In this document: positions 22,701 to 36,170 of the stretch, one piece after another
How positions within the stretch are numbered: position 1 is the stretch's first letter
Layout of the letters: every line of letters begins with the position of its first letter
Assembly (NCBI GenBank): GCA_964016885.1
Contig: OZ024743.1
Location: 136,648,001 to 136,712,000, forward strand
Direction of reading: 5' to 3'
Length of the DNA: 64,000 bases
From: Eledone cirrhosa
Lineage: Eukaryota
Made by a program: the position numbers and the translations under genes
The notes under the pieces: generated by a model
The model's input: the letters and a program-made list of their open reading frames with translations, nothing else
The model's database searches: none
Told to the model about the DNA's origin: nothing

Positions 22701-25700
22701 TGGTGTTTGGTGCTTGGTGCTTGGTGTTTGGTGCTTGGTGCTTGGTGTTTGGTGTTTGGTGCTTGGTGCTTGGTGCTTGGTGTTTGGTGCTTGGTTCTTG
22801 GTGTTTGGTGCTTGGTGTTTGGTGCTTGGTGCTTGGTGTTTGGTGCTTGGTGCTTGGTGTTTGGTGTTTGGTGCTTGGTGCTTGGTGCTTGGTGTTTGCT
22901 GTTTGGTGCTTGGTGCTTGGTGTTTGGTGTTTGGTTCTTGGTGCTTGGTATTTGGTGCTTGGTGCTTGCTGCTTGGTGTTTGGTGCTTGGTGATTGATGC
23001 TTGGTGTTTGATGCTTGGTGCTTGGTGTTTGGTTTTTGGTGCTAGGTGCTTGGTGCTTGGTGTTTGGTGCTTGGTGTTTGGTGTTTGCTGCTTGGTGCTT
23101 GGGGCTTGGTGTTTGGTACTTGGTGCTTGGTGCTTGGTGTTTGGTGCTTGGTGCTTGGTGTATGGTGTTTGGTGTTTGGTGCTTGGTGTTTGGTGTTTGG
23201 TGCTTGGTGCTTGGTGTTTGTTGCTTGGTACTTGGTACATGGTGTTTGGTGCTGGGTGCTTGGTGTTTGGTGCTTGGTGCTTGGTGTTTGGTGTTTGGTG
23301 CTTGGTGTTTGGTGTTTGGTGCTTGGTGCTTGGTGTTTGTTGCTTGGTACTTGGTGCATGGTGTTTGGTGCTGGGTGCTTGGTGTTTGGTGCTTGGTGTT
23401 TGGTGCTTGGTGCTTGGTGTTTGGTGTTTGGTGTTTGATGCTTGGTGTTTGATGCTTGGTGCTTGGTGCTTGGTGTTTGGTGCTTGGTGTTTGTACTTGG
23501 TGCTTGGTGTTTTGTGCTTGGTTCTTTGTGTTTGGTGTTTGGTGCTTGGTGCTTGGTGCTTGGTGTTAGGTGTTTGGTGCTTGGTGCTTGGTGTTTGGTG
23601 TTTGGTCCTTGGTGCTTGGTGTTTAGTGCTTGGTGCTTGGTGTTTGTTGTTTGGTGCTTTCTGCTTGCTGCTTGGCGTTTGGTGCTTGGTGCTTGGTGCT
23701 TGGTGTTCGGTGTTTGGTGCTTGGTGTATGGTGTTTGGTGTTTGGTGCTTGGTGTTTGGTGTTTGGTGCTTGGTGCTTGGTGTTTGTTGCTTGGTACTTG
23801 GTTCATGGTGTTTGGTGCTGGGTGCTTGGTGTTTGGTGCTGGGTGCTTGGTGTTTGGTGCTTGGTGCTTGGTCTTTGGTGTTTGGTGTATGGTGTTTGGT
23901 GCTTGGTGCTTGGTGCTTGGTGTTTGGTGCTTGGTGCTTGGTGTTTGGTGCTTGGTGCTTAGTGTTTGGTGCTAGGTGCTTGGGATTTGGTGTTTGGTGC
24001 TTGGTGCTTGGTGTTTGGTGCTTGGTGCTTGGTGTTTGGTGTTTGGTGCTTGGTGCTTGGTGTTTGGTGTTTGGTGTTTGCTGTTTGGTGTTTGGTGTTT
24101 GGTGTTTGCTGTTTGGTGTCTGCTTTTTGGTGTTTGGTGTTGGCTGTATGTTATTTGCTGTTTGGTGTTTGGTGTTTGGTGTTTGGTGCTTGGTGCTTGG
24201 TGTTTGGTGTTTGGTGCTTGGTGCTTGGAGTTTGGTGTTTGGTGCTTGGTGCTTGGTGTTTTGTGTTTGGTGTTTGGTTTTTGGTGCTTGGTGCTTGGTG
24301 CTTGTTGCTTGGTCCTTGGTGTTTGGTGCTTGGTGCTTGGTGTTTGTACTTGGTGCTTGGTGCTTGGTGTTTGGTTCTTGGTTCTTGGTGTTTGGTACTT
24401 GGTGCTTGGTGCTTGGTGCTTGGTGTTTGGTTCTTGGTGCTTGGTGTTTGGTGCTTGGTGCTTGGTGCTTGGTGTTAGGTGTTTGGTGCTTGGTGCTTGG
24501 TGTTTGGTGCTTGGTGTTTGGTGTTTGCTGTTTGGTGTTTGGTGCTTGGTGTTTGGTGTTTGCTGTTTGGTGTCTGCTTTTTGGTGTTTGGTGTTTGCTG
24601 TATGGTGTTTGCTGTTTCGTGTTTGGTGTTTGCTGTTTGGTGTTTGGTGTTTGCTGTTTGGTGTTTGGTCTTTGGTGCTTGGTGTTTGGTGCTTGGTGCT
24701 TGGTGTTTGGTGTTTGGTGCTTGGTGCTTGGTGCTTGGTGTTTGGTGTTTGGTGCTTGGTGCTTGGTGTTTGGTGCTTGGTGCTTGGTGTTTGTACTTGG
24801 TGCTTGGTGCTTGGTGTTTGGTGCTTGGTTCTTGGTGTTTGGTGCTTGGTGTTTGGTGCTTGGTGCTTGGTGTTTGGTGCTTGGTGCTTGGTGTTTGGTG
24901 TTTGGTGCTTGGTGCTTGGTGCTTGGTGTTTGGTGTTTGGTGCTTGGTGCTTGGTGTTTGGTGTTTGGTTCTTGGTGCTTGGTATTTGGTGCTTGGTGCT
25001 TGCTGCTTGGTGTTTGGTGCTTGGTGATTGATGCTTGGTGTTTGATGCTTGGTGCTTGGTGTTTGGTTTTTGGTGCTAGGTGCTTGGTGCTTGGTGTTTG
25101 GTGCTTGGTGTTTGGTGTTTGCTGCTTGGTGCTTGGGGCTTGGTGTTTGGTACTTGGTGCTTGGTGCTTGGTGTTTGGTGTTTGGTGCTTGGTGTTTGGT
25201 GCTTGGTACTTGGTGCTTGGTGCTTGGTGTTAGGTGTTTGGTGCTTGGTGCTTGGTGTTTGGTTTTTGGTGCTTGGTGCTTGGTGTTCGGTGTTTGGTGC
25301 TTGCTGCTGGCTGCTTGGTGTTTGGTGCTTGGTGATTGGTGCTTGGTGTTTGGTGCTTGGTGCTTGGTGTTTGGTGTTTGGTGCTTGGTGCTTGGTGTTT
25401 GGTGCTTGGTGCTGGGTGCTGGGTGGTTGGTGTTTGGTGTTTGGTGTTTGGTGCTGGGTGCTTGGTGTTTGGTACTTGGTGCTTGGTCTTTGGTGTTTGG
25501 TGTATGGTGTTTGGTGCTTGGTGCTTGGTGCTTGGTGTTTGGTGCTTGGTGCTTGGTGTTTGGTGCTTGGTGCTTAGTGTTTGGTGCTAGGTGCTTGGGA
25601 TTTGGTGTTTGGTGCTTGGTGCTTGGTGTTTGGTGCTTGGTGCTTGGTGTTTGGTGTTTGGTGCTTGGTGCTTGGTGTTTGGTGTTTGGTGTTTGCTGTT

Positions 25701-28700
25701 TGGTGTTTGGTGTTTGGTGTTTGCTGTTTGGTGTCTGCTTTTTGGTGTTTGGTGTTGGCTGTATGTTATTTGCTGTTTGGTGTTTGGTGTTTGGTGTTTG
25801 GTGCTTGGTGCTTGGTGTTTGGTGTTTGGTGCTTGGTGCTTGGAGTTTGGTGTTTGGTGCATTGGTGCTTGGTGTTTTGTGTTTGGTGTTTGGTTTTTGG
25901 TGCTTGGTGCTTGGTGCTTGTTGCTTGGTCCTTGGTGTTTGGTGCTTGGTGCTTGGTGTTTGTACTTGGTGCTTGGTGCTTGGTGTTTGGTTCTTGGTTC
26001 TTGGTGTTTGGTACTTGGTGCTTGGTGCTTGGTGCTTGGTGTTTGGTGTTTGGTGCTTGGTGTTTGGTGCTTGGTGCTTGGTGCTTGGTGTTAGGTGTTT
26101 GGTGCTTGGTGCTTGGTGTTTGGTGCTTGGTGTTTGGTGTTTGCTGTTTGGTGTTTGGTGCTTGGTGTTTGGTGTTTGCTGTTTGGTGTCTGCTTTTTGG
26201 TGTTTGGTGTTTGCTGTATGGTGTTTGCTGTTTCGTGTTTGGTTTTTGCTGTTTGGTGTTTGGTGTTTGCTGTTTGGTGTTTGGTCTTTGGTGCTTGGTG
26301 TTTGGTGCTTGGTGCTTGGTGTTTGGTGTTTGGTGCTTGGTGCTTGGTGCTTGGTGCTTCGTGTTTGGTGTTTGGTGCTTGGTGTCTGGAGCTTGGTGTT
26401 TGGTGTTTGGTGCTTGGTGTTTGGTGTTTGGTGCTTGGTGCTTGGTGTTTGGTGCTTGGTGCTTGGTGTTTGGTGCTTGGTTCTTGGTGTTTGGTGCTTG
26501 GTGTTTGGTGCTTGGTGCTTGGTGTTTGATGCTTGGTGCTTGGTGTTTGGTTTTTGGTGCTAGGTGCTTGGTGCTTGGTGTTTGGTGCTTGGTGTTTGGT
26601 GTTTGCTGCTTGGTGCTTGGGGCTTGGTGTTTGGTACTTGGTGCTTGGTGCTTGGTGTTTGGTGCTTGGTGCTTGGTGTATGGTGTTTGGTGTTTGGTGC
26701 TTGGTGTTTGGTGTTTGGTGCTTGGTGCTTGGTGTTTGTTGCTTGGTACTTGGTTCATGGTGTTTGGTGCTGGGTGCTTGGTGTTTGGTGCTTGGTGCTT
26801 GGTGTTTGGTGTTTGGTGCTTGGTGTTTGGTGTTTGGTGCTTGGTGCTTGGTGTTTGTTGCTTGGTACTTGGTGCATGGTGTTTGGTGCTGGGTGCTTGG
26901 TGTTTGGTGCTTGGTGTTTGGTGCTTGGTGCTTGGTGTTTGGTGTTTGGTGTTTGATGCTTGGTGTTTGATGCTTGGTGCTTGGTGCTTGGTGTTTGGTG
27001 CTTGGTGTTTGTACTTGGTGCTTGGTGTTTTGTGCTTGGTTCTTTGTGTTTGGTGTTTGGTGCTTGGTGCTTGGTGCTTGGTGTTAGGTGTTTGGTGCTT
27101 GGTGCTTGGTGTTTGGTGTTTGGTCCTTGGTGCTTGGTGTTTAGTGCTTGGTGCTTGGTGTTTGTTGTTTGGTGCTTTCTGCTTGCTGCTTGGCGTTTGG
27201 TGCTTGGTGCTTGGTGCTTGGTGTTTGGTGTTTGGTGCTTGGTGTATGGTGTTTGGTGTTTGGTGCTTGGTGTTTGGTGTTTGGTGCTTGGTGCTTGGTG
27301 TTTGTTGCTTGGTACTTGGTTCATGGTGTTTGGTGCTGGGTGCTTGGTGTTTGGTGCTGGGTGCTTGGTGTTTGGTGCTTGGTGCTTGGTCTTTGGTGTT
27401 TGGTGTATGGTGTTTGGTGCTTGGTGCTTGGTGCTTGGTGTTTGGTGCTTGGTGCTTGGTGTTTGGTGCTTGGTGCTTAGTGTTTGGTGCTAGGTGCTTG
27501 GGATTTGGTGTTTGGTGCTTGGTGCTTGGTGTTTGGTGCTTGGTGCTTGGTGTTTGGTGTTTGGTGCTTGGTGCTTGGTGTTTGGTGTTTGCTGTTTGCT
27601 GTTTGGTGTTTGGTGTTTGGTGTTTGCTGTTTGGTGTCTGCTTTTTGGTGTTTGGTGTTGGCTGTATGTTATTTGCTGTTTGGTGTTTGGTGTTTGGTGT
27701 TTGGTGCTTGGTGCTTGGTGTTTGGTGTTTGGTGCTTGGTGCTTGGAGTTTGGTGTTTGGTGCTTGGTGCTTGGTGTTTTGTGTTTGGTGTTTGGTTTTT
27801 GGTGCTTGGTGCTTGGTGCTTGTTGCTTGGTCCTTGGTGTTTGGTGCTTGGTGCTTGGTGTTTGTACTTGGTGCTTGGTGCTTGGTGTTTGGTTCTTGGT
27901 TCTTGGTGTTTGGTACTTGGTGCTTGGTGCTTGGTGCTTGGTGTTTGGTGTTTGGTGCTTGGTGTTTGGTGCTTGGTGCTTGGTGCTTGGTGTTAGGTGT
28001 TTGGTGCTTGGTGCTTGGTGTTTGGTGCTTGGTGTTTGGTGTTTGCTGTTTGGTGTTTGGTGCTTGGTGTTTGGTGTTTGCTGTTTGGTGTCTGCTTTTT
28101 GGTGTTTGGTGTTTGCTGTATGGTGTTTGCTGTTTCGTGTTTGGTGTTTGCTGTTTGGTGTTTGGTGTTTGCTGTTTGGTGTTTGGTCTTTGGTGCTTGG
28201 TGTTTGGTGCTTGGTGCTTGGTGTTTGGTGTTTGGTGCTTGGTGCTTGGTGCTTCGTGTTTGGTGTTTGGTGCTTGGTGTCTGGAGCTTGGTGTTTGGTG
28301 TTTGGTGCTTGGTGTTTGGTGTTTGGTGCTTGGTGCTTGGTGTTTGGTGCTTGGTGCTTGGTGTTTGTACTTGGTGCTTGGTGCTTGGTGTTTGGTGCTT
28401 GGTTCTTGGTGTTTGGTGCTTGGTGTTTGGTGCTTGGTGCTTGGTGTTTGGTGCTTGGTGCTTGGTGTTTGGTGTTTGGTGCTTGGTGCTTGGTGCTTGG
28501 TGTTTGGTGTTTGGTGCTTGGTGCTTGGTGTTTGGTGTTTGGTTCTTGGTGCTTGGTATTTGGTGATTGGTGCTTGCTGCTTGGTGTTTGGTGCTTGGTG
28601 ATTGATGCTTGGTGTTTGATGCTTGGTGCTTGGTGTTTGGTTTTTGGTGCTAGGTGCTTGGTGCTTGGTGTTTGGTGCTTGGTGTTTGGTGTTTGCTGCT

Positions 28701-31070
28701 TGGTGCTTGGGGCTTGGTGTTTGGTACTTGGTGCTTGGTGCTTGGTGTTTGGTGCTTGGTGCTTGGTGTATGGTGTTTGGTGTTTGGTGCTTGGTGTTTG
28801 GTGTTTGGTGCTTGGTGCTTGGTGTTTGTTGCTTGGTACTTGGTTCATGGTGTTTGGTGCTGGGTGCTTGGTGTTTGGTGCTTGGTGCTTGGTGTTTGGT
28901 GTTTGGTGCTTGGTGTTTGGTGTTTGGTGCTTGGTGCTTGGTGTTTGTTGCTTGGTACTTGGTGCATGGTGTTTGGTGCTGGGTGCTTGGTGTTTGGTGC
29001 TTGGTGTTTGGTGCTTGGTGCTTGTTGTTTGGTGTTTGGTGTTTGATGCTTGGTGTTTGATGCTTGGTGCTTGGTGCTTGGTGTTTGGTGCTTGGTGTTT
29101 GTACTTGGTGCTTGGTGTTTTGTGCTTGGTTCTTTGTGTTTGGTGTTTGGTGCTTGGTGCTTGGTGCTTGGTGTTAGGTGTTTGGTGCTTGGTGCTTGGT
29201 GTTTGGTGTTTGGTCCTTGGTGCTTGGTGTTTAGTGCTTGGTGCTTGGTGTTTGTTGATTGGTGCTTTCTGCTTGCTGCTTGGCGTTTGGTGCTTGGTGC
29301 TTGGTGCTTGGTGTTTGGTGTTTGGTGCTAGGTGCTTGGTGTTTGGTGTTTGGTGTTTGATGCTTGGTGTTTGGTGCTTGGTGTTTGGTGTTTTGTGCTT
29401 GGTGCTTGGGGCTTGGTGTTTAGTGGTTGGTGCTTGGTGCTTGGTGTTTGGTGCTTGGTGCTTGGTGTTTGGTGTTTGGTGTTTGGTGCTTGGTGCTTGG
29501 TGTTTGGTGCTTGGTGCTTGGTGCTGGGTGGTTGGTATTTGGTGCTTGGTGCTTGGTGTTTGGTGCTTGGTGCTTGGTGCTTGGTGTTTGGTGCTTGGTG
29601 CTTGGTGCTTGGTCTTTGGTGCTTGGTGTTTGGTGCTTGGTGCTTGGTGCTTGGTGTTTGGTGCTTGGTGATTAGTGTTTGGTGCTTGGTGCTTGGGGTT
29701 TGGTGTTTGGTGCTTGGTACTTGGTGTTTGGTGCTTGGTGTTTGGTGTTTGCTGTTTGGTGTTTGGTGTTTGCTGTTTGCTGTTTGCTGTTTGCTTTTTG
29801 GTGTTTGGTGTTTGCTGTATGGTGTTTGCTGTTTGGTGTTTGGTGTTTGCTGTTTGGTGTTTGGTGTTTGCTGTTTGGTCTTTGGTGCTTGGTGTTTGGT
29901 GCTTGGTGCTTGGTGTTTGGTGTTTGGTGCTTGGTGCTTGGTGTTTGGTGTTTGTTGCTTGGTGCTTGGTGCTTGGTGTTTGGTGTTTGGTGTTTGGTGC
30001 TTGGTGTCTGGTGCTTGGTGTTTGGTGTTTGGTGTTTGGTGCTTGGTGTTTGGTGTTTGGTGTTTGGTGCTTGGTGCTTGGTGTTTGTTGTTTGGTGCTT
30101 TCTGCTTGCTGCTTGGCGTTTGGTGCTTGGTGCTTGGTGCTTGCTGTTTGGTGTTTGGTGCTTGGTGCTTGGTGTTTGGTGTTTGGTGTTATATGCTTGG
30201 TGTTTGATGCTTGGTGCTTGGTGCTTGGTATTTGGTGTTTGGTGCTTGGTGTTTGTACTTGGTGCTTGGTTCTTGGTTCTTGGTGCTTGGTGCTTGGTGC
30301 TGGGTGCTTGGTGCTTGGTGTTTGGTGCTTGGTGTTTGGTGCTTGGTGTTTGGTGCTTGGTGCCTGGTGCTTGGTGCTTGGTGCTTGGTGTTTGGTGCTT
30401 GGTGTTTGGTGCTTGGTGTTAGGTGTTTGGTGCTTGGTGCTTGCTGTTTGGTGTTTGGTGCTTGGTGTTTGGTGCTTGGTGTTTGGTGCTTGCTGCTGGC
30501 TGCTTGGTGTTTGGTGCTTGGTGATTGGCGCTTGGTGTTTGGTGCTTGGTGTTTGGTGTTTGGTACTAGGTGCTTGGTGTTTGGTGTTTGGTGCTTGGTG
30601 CTTGGTGTTTGGTGTTTGGTGTTTGGTGCTTGGTGCTTGGTGCTTGGTGCTGGGTGGTTGGTGTTTGGTGCTTGGTGATTAGTGTTTGGTGCTAGGTGCT
30701 TGGGGTTTGGTGTTTGGTGCTTGGTGCTTGGTGTTTGGTGCTTGGTGCTTGGTGTTTGGTGCTTGGTGCTTGGTGTTTGGTGTTTGCTGTTTGCTGTTTG
30801 GTGTTTGTTGTTTGGTGTTTGTTGATTGGTGTTTGCTGTTTGGTGTTTGGTATTTGGTGGTTGCTGTTTGGTGTCTGCTTTTTGGTGTTTGGTGTTTGCT
30901 GTATGTTGTTTGCTGTTTGGTGTTTGGTGTTTGGTGTTTGGTGTTTGCTGCTTGGTGCTTGGTGTTTGGTGCTTGGGGCTTGGTGTTTGGTGCCTGGTGC
31001 TTGGTACTTGGTTGTTTGGTGTTTGGTGCTTGGTGCTTGGGGCTTGGAGTTTGGTGTTTGGTGCTTGGTG
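14030..31070 (+). repeat. Paralogous blocks ~14.0-17.7 kb and ~27.5-31.1 kb (offset 13456, then 13400)
   Basis: ORF pairs 14541/27997, 15167/28623, 15876/29332, 16219/29675, 16755/30211 (13456); 17286/30686, 17426/30826 (13400). Confidence 0.85.
23000..28250 (+). repeat. Paralogous blocks ~23.0-24.7 kb and ~26.5-28.2 kb (offset 3518)
   Basis: ORF pairs 23015/26533, 23442/26960, 23630/27148, 23966/27484, 24479/27997. Confidence 0.85.
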
Positions 31071-34000
31071 CTTGGTGTTTGGTGTTTGGTGCTTGGTGCT
31101 TGGTGCTTCGTGTTTGGTGTTTGGTGCTTGGTGTCTGGAGCTTGGTGTTTGGTGTTTGGTGCTTGGTGTTTGGTGTTTGGTGCTTGGTGCTTGGTGTTTG
31201 GTGCTTGGTGCTTGGTGTTTGGTGCTTGGTTCTTGGTGTTTGGTGCTTGGTGTTTGGTGCTTGGTGCTTGGTGTTTGGTGCTTGGTGCTTGGTGTTTGGT
31301 GTTTGGTGCTTGGTGCTTGGTGCTTGGTGTTTGGTGCTTGGTTCTTGGTGTTTGGTGCTTGGTGTTTGGTGCTTGGTGCTTGGTGTTTGGTGCTTGGTGC
31401 TTGGTGTTTGGTGTTTGGTGCTTGGTGCTTGGTGCTTGGTGTTTGGTGTTTGGTGCTTGGTGCTTGGTGTTTGGTGTTTGGTTCTTGGTGCTTGGTATTT
31501 GGTGCTTGGTGCTTGCTGCTTGGTGTTTGGTGCTTGGTGATTGATGCTTGGTGTTTGATGCTTGGTGCTTGGTGTTTGGTTTTTGGTGCTAGGTGCTTGG
31601 TGCTTGGTGTTTGGTGCTTGGTGTTTGGTGTTTGCTGCTTGGTGCTTGGGGCTTGGTGTTTGGTACTTGGTGCTTGGTGCTTGGTGTTTGGTGCTTGGTG
31701 CTTGGTGTATGGTGTTTGGTGTTTGGTGCTTGGTGTTTGGTGTTTGGTGCTTGGTGCTTGGTGTTTGTTGCTTGGTACTTGGTTCATGGTGTTTGGTGCT
31801 GGGTGCTTGGTGTTTGGTGCTTGGTGCTTGGTGTTTGGTGTTTGGTGCTTGGTGTTTGGTGTTTGGTGCTTGGTGCTTGGTGTTTGTTGCTTGGTACTTG
31901 GTGCATGGTGTTTGGTGCTGGGTGCTTGGTGTTTGGTGCTTGGTGTTTGGTGCTTGGTGCTTGGTGTTTGGTGTTTGGTGTTTGATGCTTGGTGTTTGAT
32001 GCTTGGTGCTTGGTGCTTGGTGTTTGGTGCTTGGTGTTTGTACTTGGTGCTTGGTGTTTTGTGCTTGGTTCTTTGTGTTTGGTGTTTGGTGCTTGGTGCT
32101 TGGTGCTTGGTGTTAGGTGTTTGGTGCTTGGTGCTTGTTGTTTGGTGTTTGGTCCTTGGTGCTTGGTGTTTAGTGCTTGGTGCTTGGTGTTTGTTGTTTG
32201 GTGCTTTCTGCTTGCTGCTTGGCGTTTGGTGCTTGGTGCTTGGTGCTTGGTGTTTGGTGTTTGGTGCTTGGTGTATGGTGTTTGGTGTTTGGTGCTTGGT
32301 GTTTGGTGTTTGGTGCTTGGTGCTTGGTGTTTGTTGCTTGGTACTTGGTTCATGGTGTTTGGTGCTGGGTGCTTGGTGTTTGGTGCTGGGTGCTTGGTGT
32401 TTGGTGCTTGGTGCTTGGTCTTTGGTGTTTGGTGTATGGTGTTTGGTGCTTGGTGCTTGGTGCTTGGTGTTTGGTGCTTGGTGCTTGGTGTTTGGTGCTT
32501 GGTGCTTAGTGTTTGGTGCTAGGTGCTTGGGATTTGGTGTTTGGTGCTTGGTGCTTGGTGTTTGGTGCTTGGTGCTTGGTGTTTGGTGTTTGGTGTTTGC
32601 TGTTTGGTGTTTGGTGTTTGGTGTTTGCTGTTTGGTGTCTGCTTTTTGGTGTTTGGTGTTGGCTGTATGTTATTTGCTGTTTGGTGTTTGGTGTTTGGTG
32701 TTTGGTGCTTGGTGCTTGGTGTTTGGTGTTTGGTGCTTGGTGCTTGGAGTTTGGTGTTTGGTGCTTGGTGCTTGGTGTTTTGTGTTTGGTGTTTGGTTTT
32801 TGGTGCTTGGTGCTTGGTGCTTGTTGCTTGGTCCTTGGTGTTTGGTGCTTGGTGCTTGGTGTTTGTACTTGGTGCTTGGTGCTTGGTGTTTGGTTCTTGG
32901 TTCTTGGTGTTTGGTACTTGGTGCTTGGTGCTTGGTGCTTGGTGTTTGGTGTTTGGTGCTTGGTGTTTGGTGCTTGGTGCTTGGTGCTTGGTGTTAGGTG
33001 TTTGGTGCTTGGTGCTTGGTGTTTGGTGCTTGGTGTTTGGTGTTTGCTGTTTGGTGTTTGGTGCTTGGTGTTTGGTGTTTGCTGTTTGGTGTCTGCTTTT
33101 TGGTGTTTGGTGTTTGCTGTATGGTGTTTGCTGTTTCGTGTTTGGTGTTTGCTGTTTGGTGTTTGGTGTTTGCTGTTTGGTGTTTGGTCTTTGGTGCTTG
33201 GTGTTTGGTGCTTGGTGCTTGGTGTTTGGTGTTTGGTGCTTGGTGCTTGGTGCTTCGTGTTTGGTGTTTGGTGCTTGGTGTCTGGAGCTTGGTGTTTGGT
33301 GTTTGGTGCTTGGTGTTTGGTGTTTGGTGCTTGGTGCTTGGTGTTTGGTGATTGGTGCTTGGTGTTTGTACTTGGTGCTTGGTGCTTGGTGTTTGGTGCT
33401 TGGTTCTTGGTGTTTGGTGCTTGGTGTTTGGTGCTTGGTGCTTGGTGTTTGGTGCTTGGTGCTTGGTGTTTCGTGTTTGGTGCTTGGTGCTTGGTGCTTG
33501 GTGTTTGGTGTTTGGTGCTTGGTGCTTGGTGTTTGGTGTTTGGTTCTTGGTGCTTGGTATTTGGTGCTTGGTGCTTGCTGCTTGGTGTTTGGTGCTTGGT
33601 GATTGATGCTTGGTGTTTGATGCTTGGTGCTTGGTGTTTGGTTTTTGGTGCTAGGTGCTTGGTGCTTGGTGTTTGGTGCTTGGTGTTTGGTGTTTGCTGC
33701 TTGGTGCTTGGGGCTTGGTGTTTGGTACTTGGTGCTTGGTGCTTGGTGTTTGGTGCTTGGTGCTTGGTGTATGGTGTTTGGTGTTTGGTGCTTGGTGTTT
33801 GGTGTTTGGTGCTTGGTGCTTGGTGTTTGTTGCTTGGTACTTGGTTCATGGTGTTTGGTGCTGGGTGCTTGGTGTTTGGTGCTTGGTGCTTGGTGTTTGG
33901 TGTTTGGTGCTTGGTGTTTGGTGTTTGGTGCTTGGTGCTTGGTGTTTGTTGCTTGGTACTTGGTGCATGGTGTTTGGTGCTGGGTGCTTGGTGTTTGGTG

Positions 34001-36170
34001 CTTGGTGTTTGGTGCTTGGTGCTTGGTGCTTGGTGTTTGGTGTTTGATGCTTGGTGTTTGATGCTTGGTGCTTGGTGCTTGGTGTTTGGTGCTTGGTGTT
34101 TGTACTTGGTGCTTGGTGTTTTGTGCTTGGTTCTTTGTGTTTGGTGTTTGGTGCTTGGTGCTTGGTGCTTGGTGTTAGGTGTTTGGTGCTTGGTGCTTGG
34201 TGTTTGGTGTTTGGTCCTTGGTGCTTGGTGTTTAGTGCTTGGTGCTTGGTGTTTGTTGTTTGGTGCTTTCTGCTTGCTGCTTGGCGTTTGGTGCTTGGTG
34301 CTTGGTGCTTGGTGTTTGGTGTTTGGTGCTAGGTGCTTGGTGTTTGGTGTTTGGTGTTTGATGCTTGGTGTTTGGTGCTTGGTGTTTGGTGTTTTGTGCT
34401 TGGTGCTTGGGGCTTGGTGTTTAGTGGTTGGTGCTTGGTGCTTGGTGTTTGGTGCTTGGTGCTTGGTGTTTGGTGTTTGGTGTTTGGTGCTTGGTGCTTG
34501 GTGTTTGGTGCTTGGTGCTTGGTGCTGGGTGGTTGGTATTAGGTGCTTGGTGCTTGGTGTTTGGTGCTTGGTGCTTGGTGCTTGGTGTTTGGTGCTTGGT
34601 GCTTGGTGCTTGGTCTTTGGTGCTTGGTGTTTGGTGCTTGGTGCTTGGTGCTTGGTGTTTGGTGCTTGGTGATTAGTGTTTGGTGCTTGGTGCTTGGGGT
34701 TTGGTGTTTGGTGCTTGGTACTTGGTGTTTGGTGCTTGGTGTTTGGTCTTTGCTGTTTGGTGTTTGGTGTTTGCTGTTTGCTGTTTGCTGTTTGCTTTTT
34801 GGTGTTTGGTGTTTGCTGTATGGTGTTTGCTGTTTGGTGTTTGGTGTTTGCTGTTTGGTGTTTGGTGTTTGCTGTTTGGTCTTTGGTGCTTGGTGTTTGG
34901 TGCTTGGTGCTTGGTGTTTGGTGTTTGGTGCTTGGTGCTTGGTGTTTGGTGTTTGTTGCTTGGTGCTTGGTGCTTGGTGTTTGGTGTTTGGTGTTTGGTG
35001 CTTGGTGTCTGGTGCTTGGTGTTTGGTGTTTGGTGTTTGGTGCTTGGTGTTTGGTGTTTGGTGTTTGGTGCTTGGTGCTTGGTGTTTGTTGTTTGGTGCT
35101 TTCTGCTTGCTGCTTGGCGTTTGGTGCTTGGTGCTTGGTGCTTGCTGTTTGGTGTTTGGTGCTTGGTGCTTGGTGTTTGGTGTTTGGTGTTATATGCTTG
35201 GTGTTTGATGCTTGGTGCTTGGTGCTTGGTATTTGGTGTTTGGTGCTTGGTGTTTGTACTTGGTGCTTGGTTCTTGGTTCTTGGTGCTTGGTGCTTGGTG
35301 CTGGGTGCTTGGTGCTTGGTGTTTGGTGCTTGGTGTTTGGTGCTTGGTGTTTGGTGCTTGGTGCCTGGTGCTTGGTGCTTGGTGCTTGGTGTTTGGTGCT
35401 TGGTGTTTGGTGCTTGGTGTTAGGTGTTTGGTGCTTGGTGCTTGGTGTTTGGTGTTTGGTGCTTGGTGTTTGGTGCTTGGTGCTTGGTGTTTGGTGTTTG
35501 GTGCTTGGTGTTTGGTGCTTGGTACTTGGTGCTTGGTGCTTGGTGTTAGGTGTTTGGTGCTTGGTGCTTGGTGTTTGGTGTTTGGTGCTTGCTGCTGGCT
35601 GCTTGGTGTTTGGTGCTTGGTGATTGGCGCTTGGTGTTTGGTGCTTGGTGTTTGGTGTTTGGTACTAGGTGCTTGGTGTTTGGTGTTTGGTGCTTGGTGC
35701 TTGGTGTTTGGTGTTTGGTGTTTGGTGCTTGGTGCTTGGTGCTTGGTGCTGGGTGGTTGGTGTTTGGTGCTTGGTGATTAGTGTTTGGTGCTAGGTGCTT
35801 GGGGTTTGGTGTTTGGTGCTTGGTGCTTGGTGTTTGGTGCCTGGTGCTTGGTGTTTGGTGCTTGGTGCTTGGTGTTTGGTGTTTGCTGTTTGCTGTTTGG
35901 TGTTTGTTGTTTGGTGTTTGTTGATTGGTGTTTGCTGTTTGGTGTTTGGTATTTGGTGTTTGCTGTTTGGTGTCTGCTTTTTGGTGTTTGGTGTTTGCTG
36001 TATGTTGTTTGCTGTTTGGTGTTTGGTGTTTGGTGTTTGGTGTTTGCTGCTTGGTGCTTGGTGTTTGGTGCTTGGGGCTTGGTGTTTGGGGCCTGGTGCT
36101 TGGTACTTGGTTGTTTGGTGTTTGGTGCTTGGTGCTTGGGGCTTGGAGTTTGGTGTTTGGTGCTTGGTGC
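26520..36170 (+). repeat. ~5.0-kb tandem duplication (~26.5-31.1 / ~31.55-36.2 kb; offsets 5029, 5001, 5099)
   Basis: ORF pairs 26533/31562, 26960/31989, 27484/32513 (5029); 27997/32998, 28623/33624, 29675/34676, 30211/35212 (5001); 30686/35785 (5099). Confidence 0.88.

Noticed and set aside
21784-25233. Long + strand ORFs (up to 1149 aa) resembling hydrophobic Cys/Trp-rich membrane proteins
   Set aside because: All three frames are open with the same peptide; starts are mostly TTG/GTG inside repeat units; stops and frameshifts fall at arbitrary variant units; no unique domain.
30189-31787. - strand ATG ORFs (MNQVPSNKHQAP...) resembling mucin-like or RNA polymerase II CTD-like heptad proteins
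   Set aside because: The ATG is the reverse complement of the TTGGTTC-ATGGTGT junction. The period is 7 nt rather than 21 nt with synonymous variation, and the heptad is not YSPTSPS.
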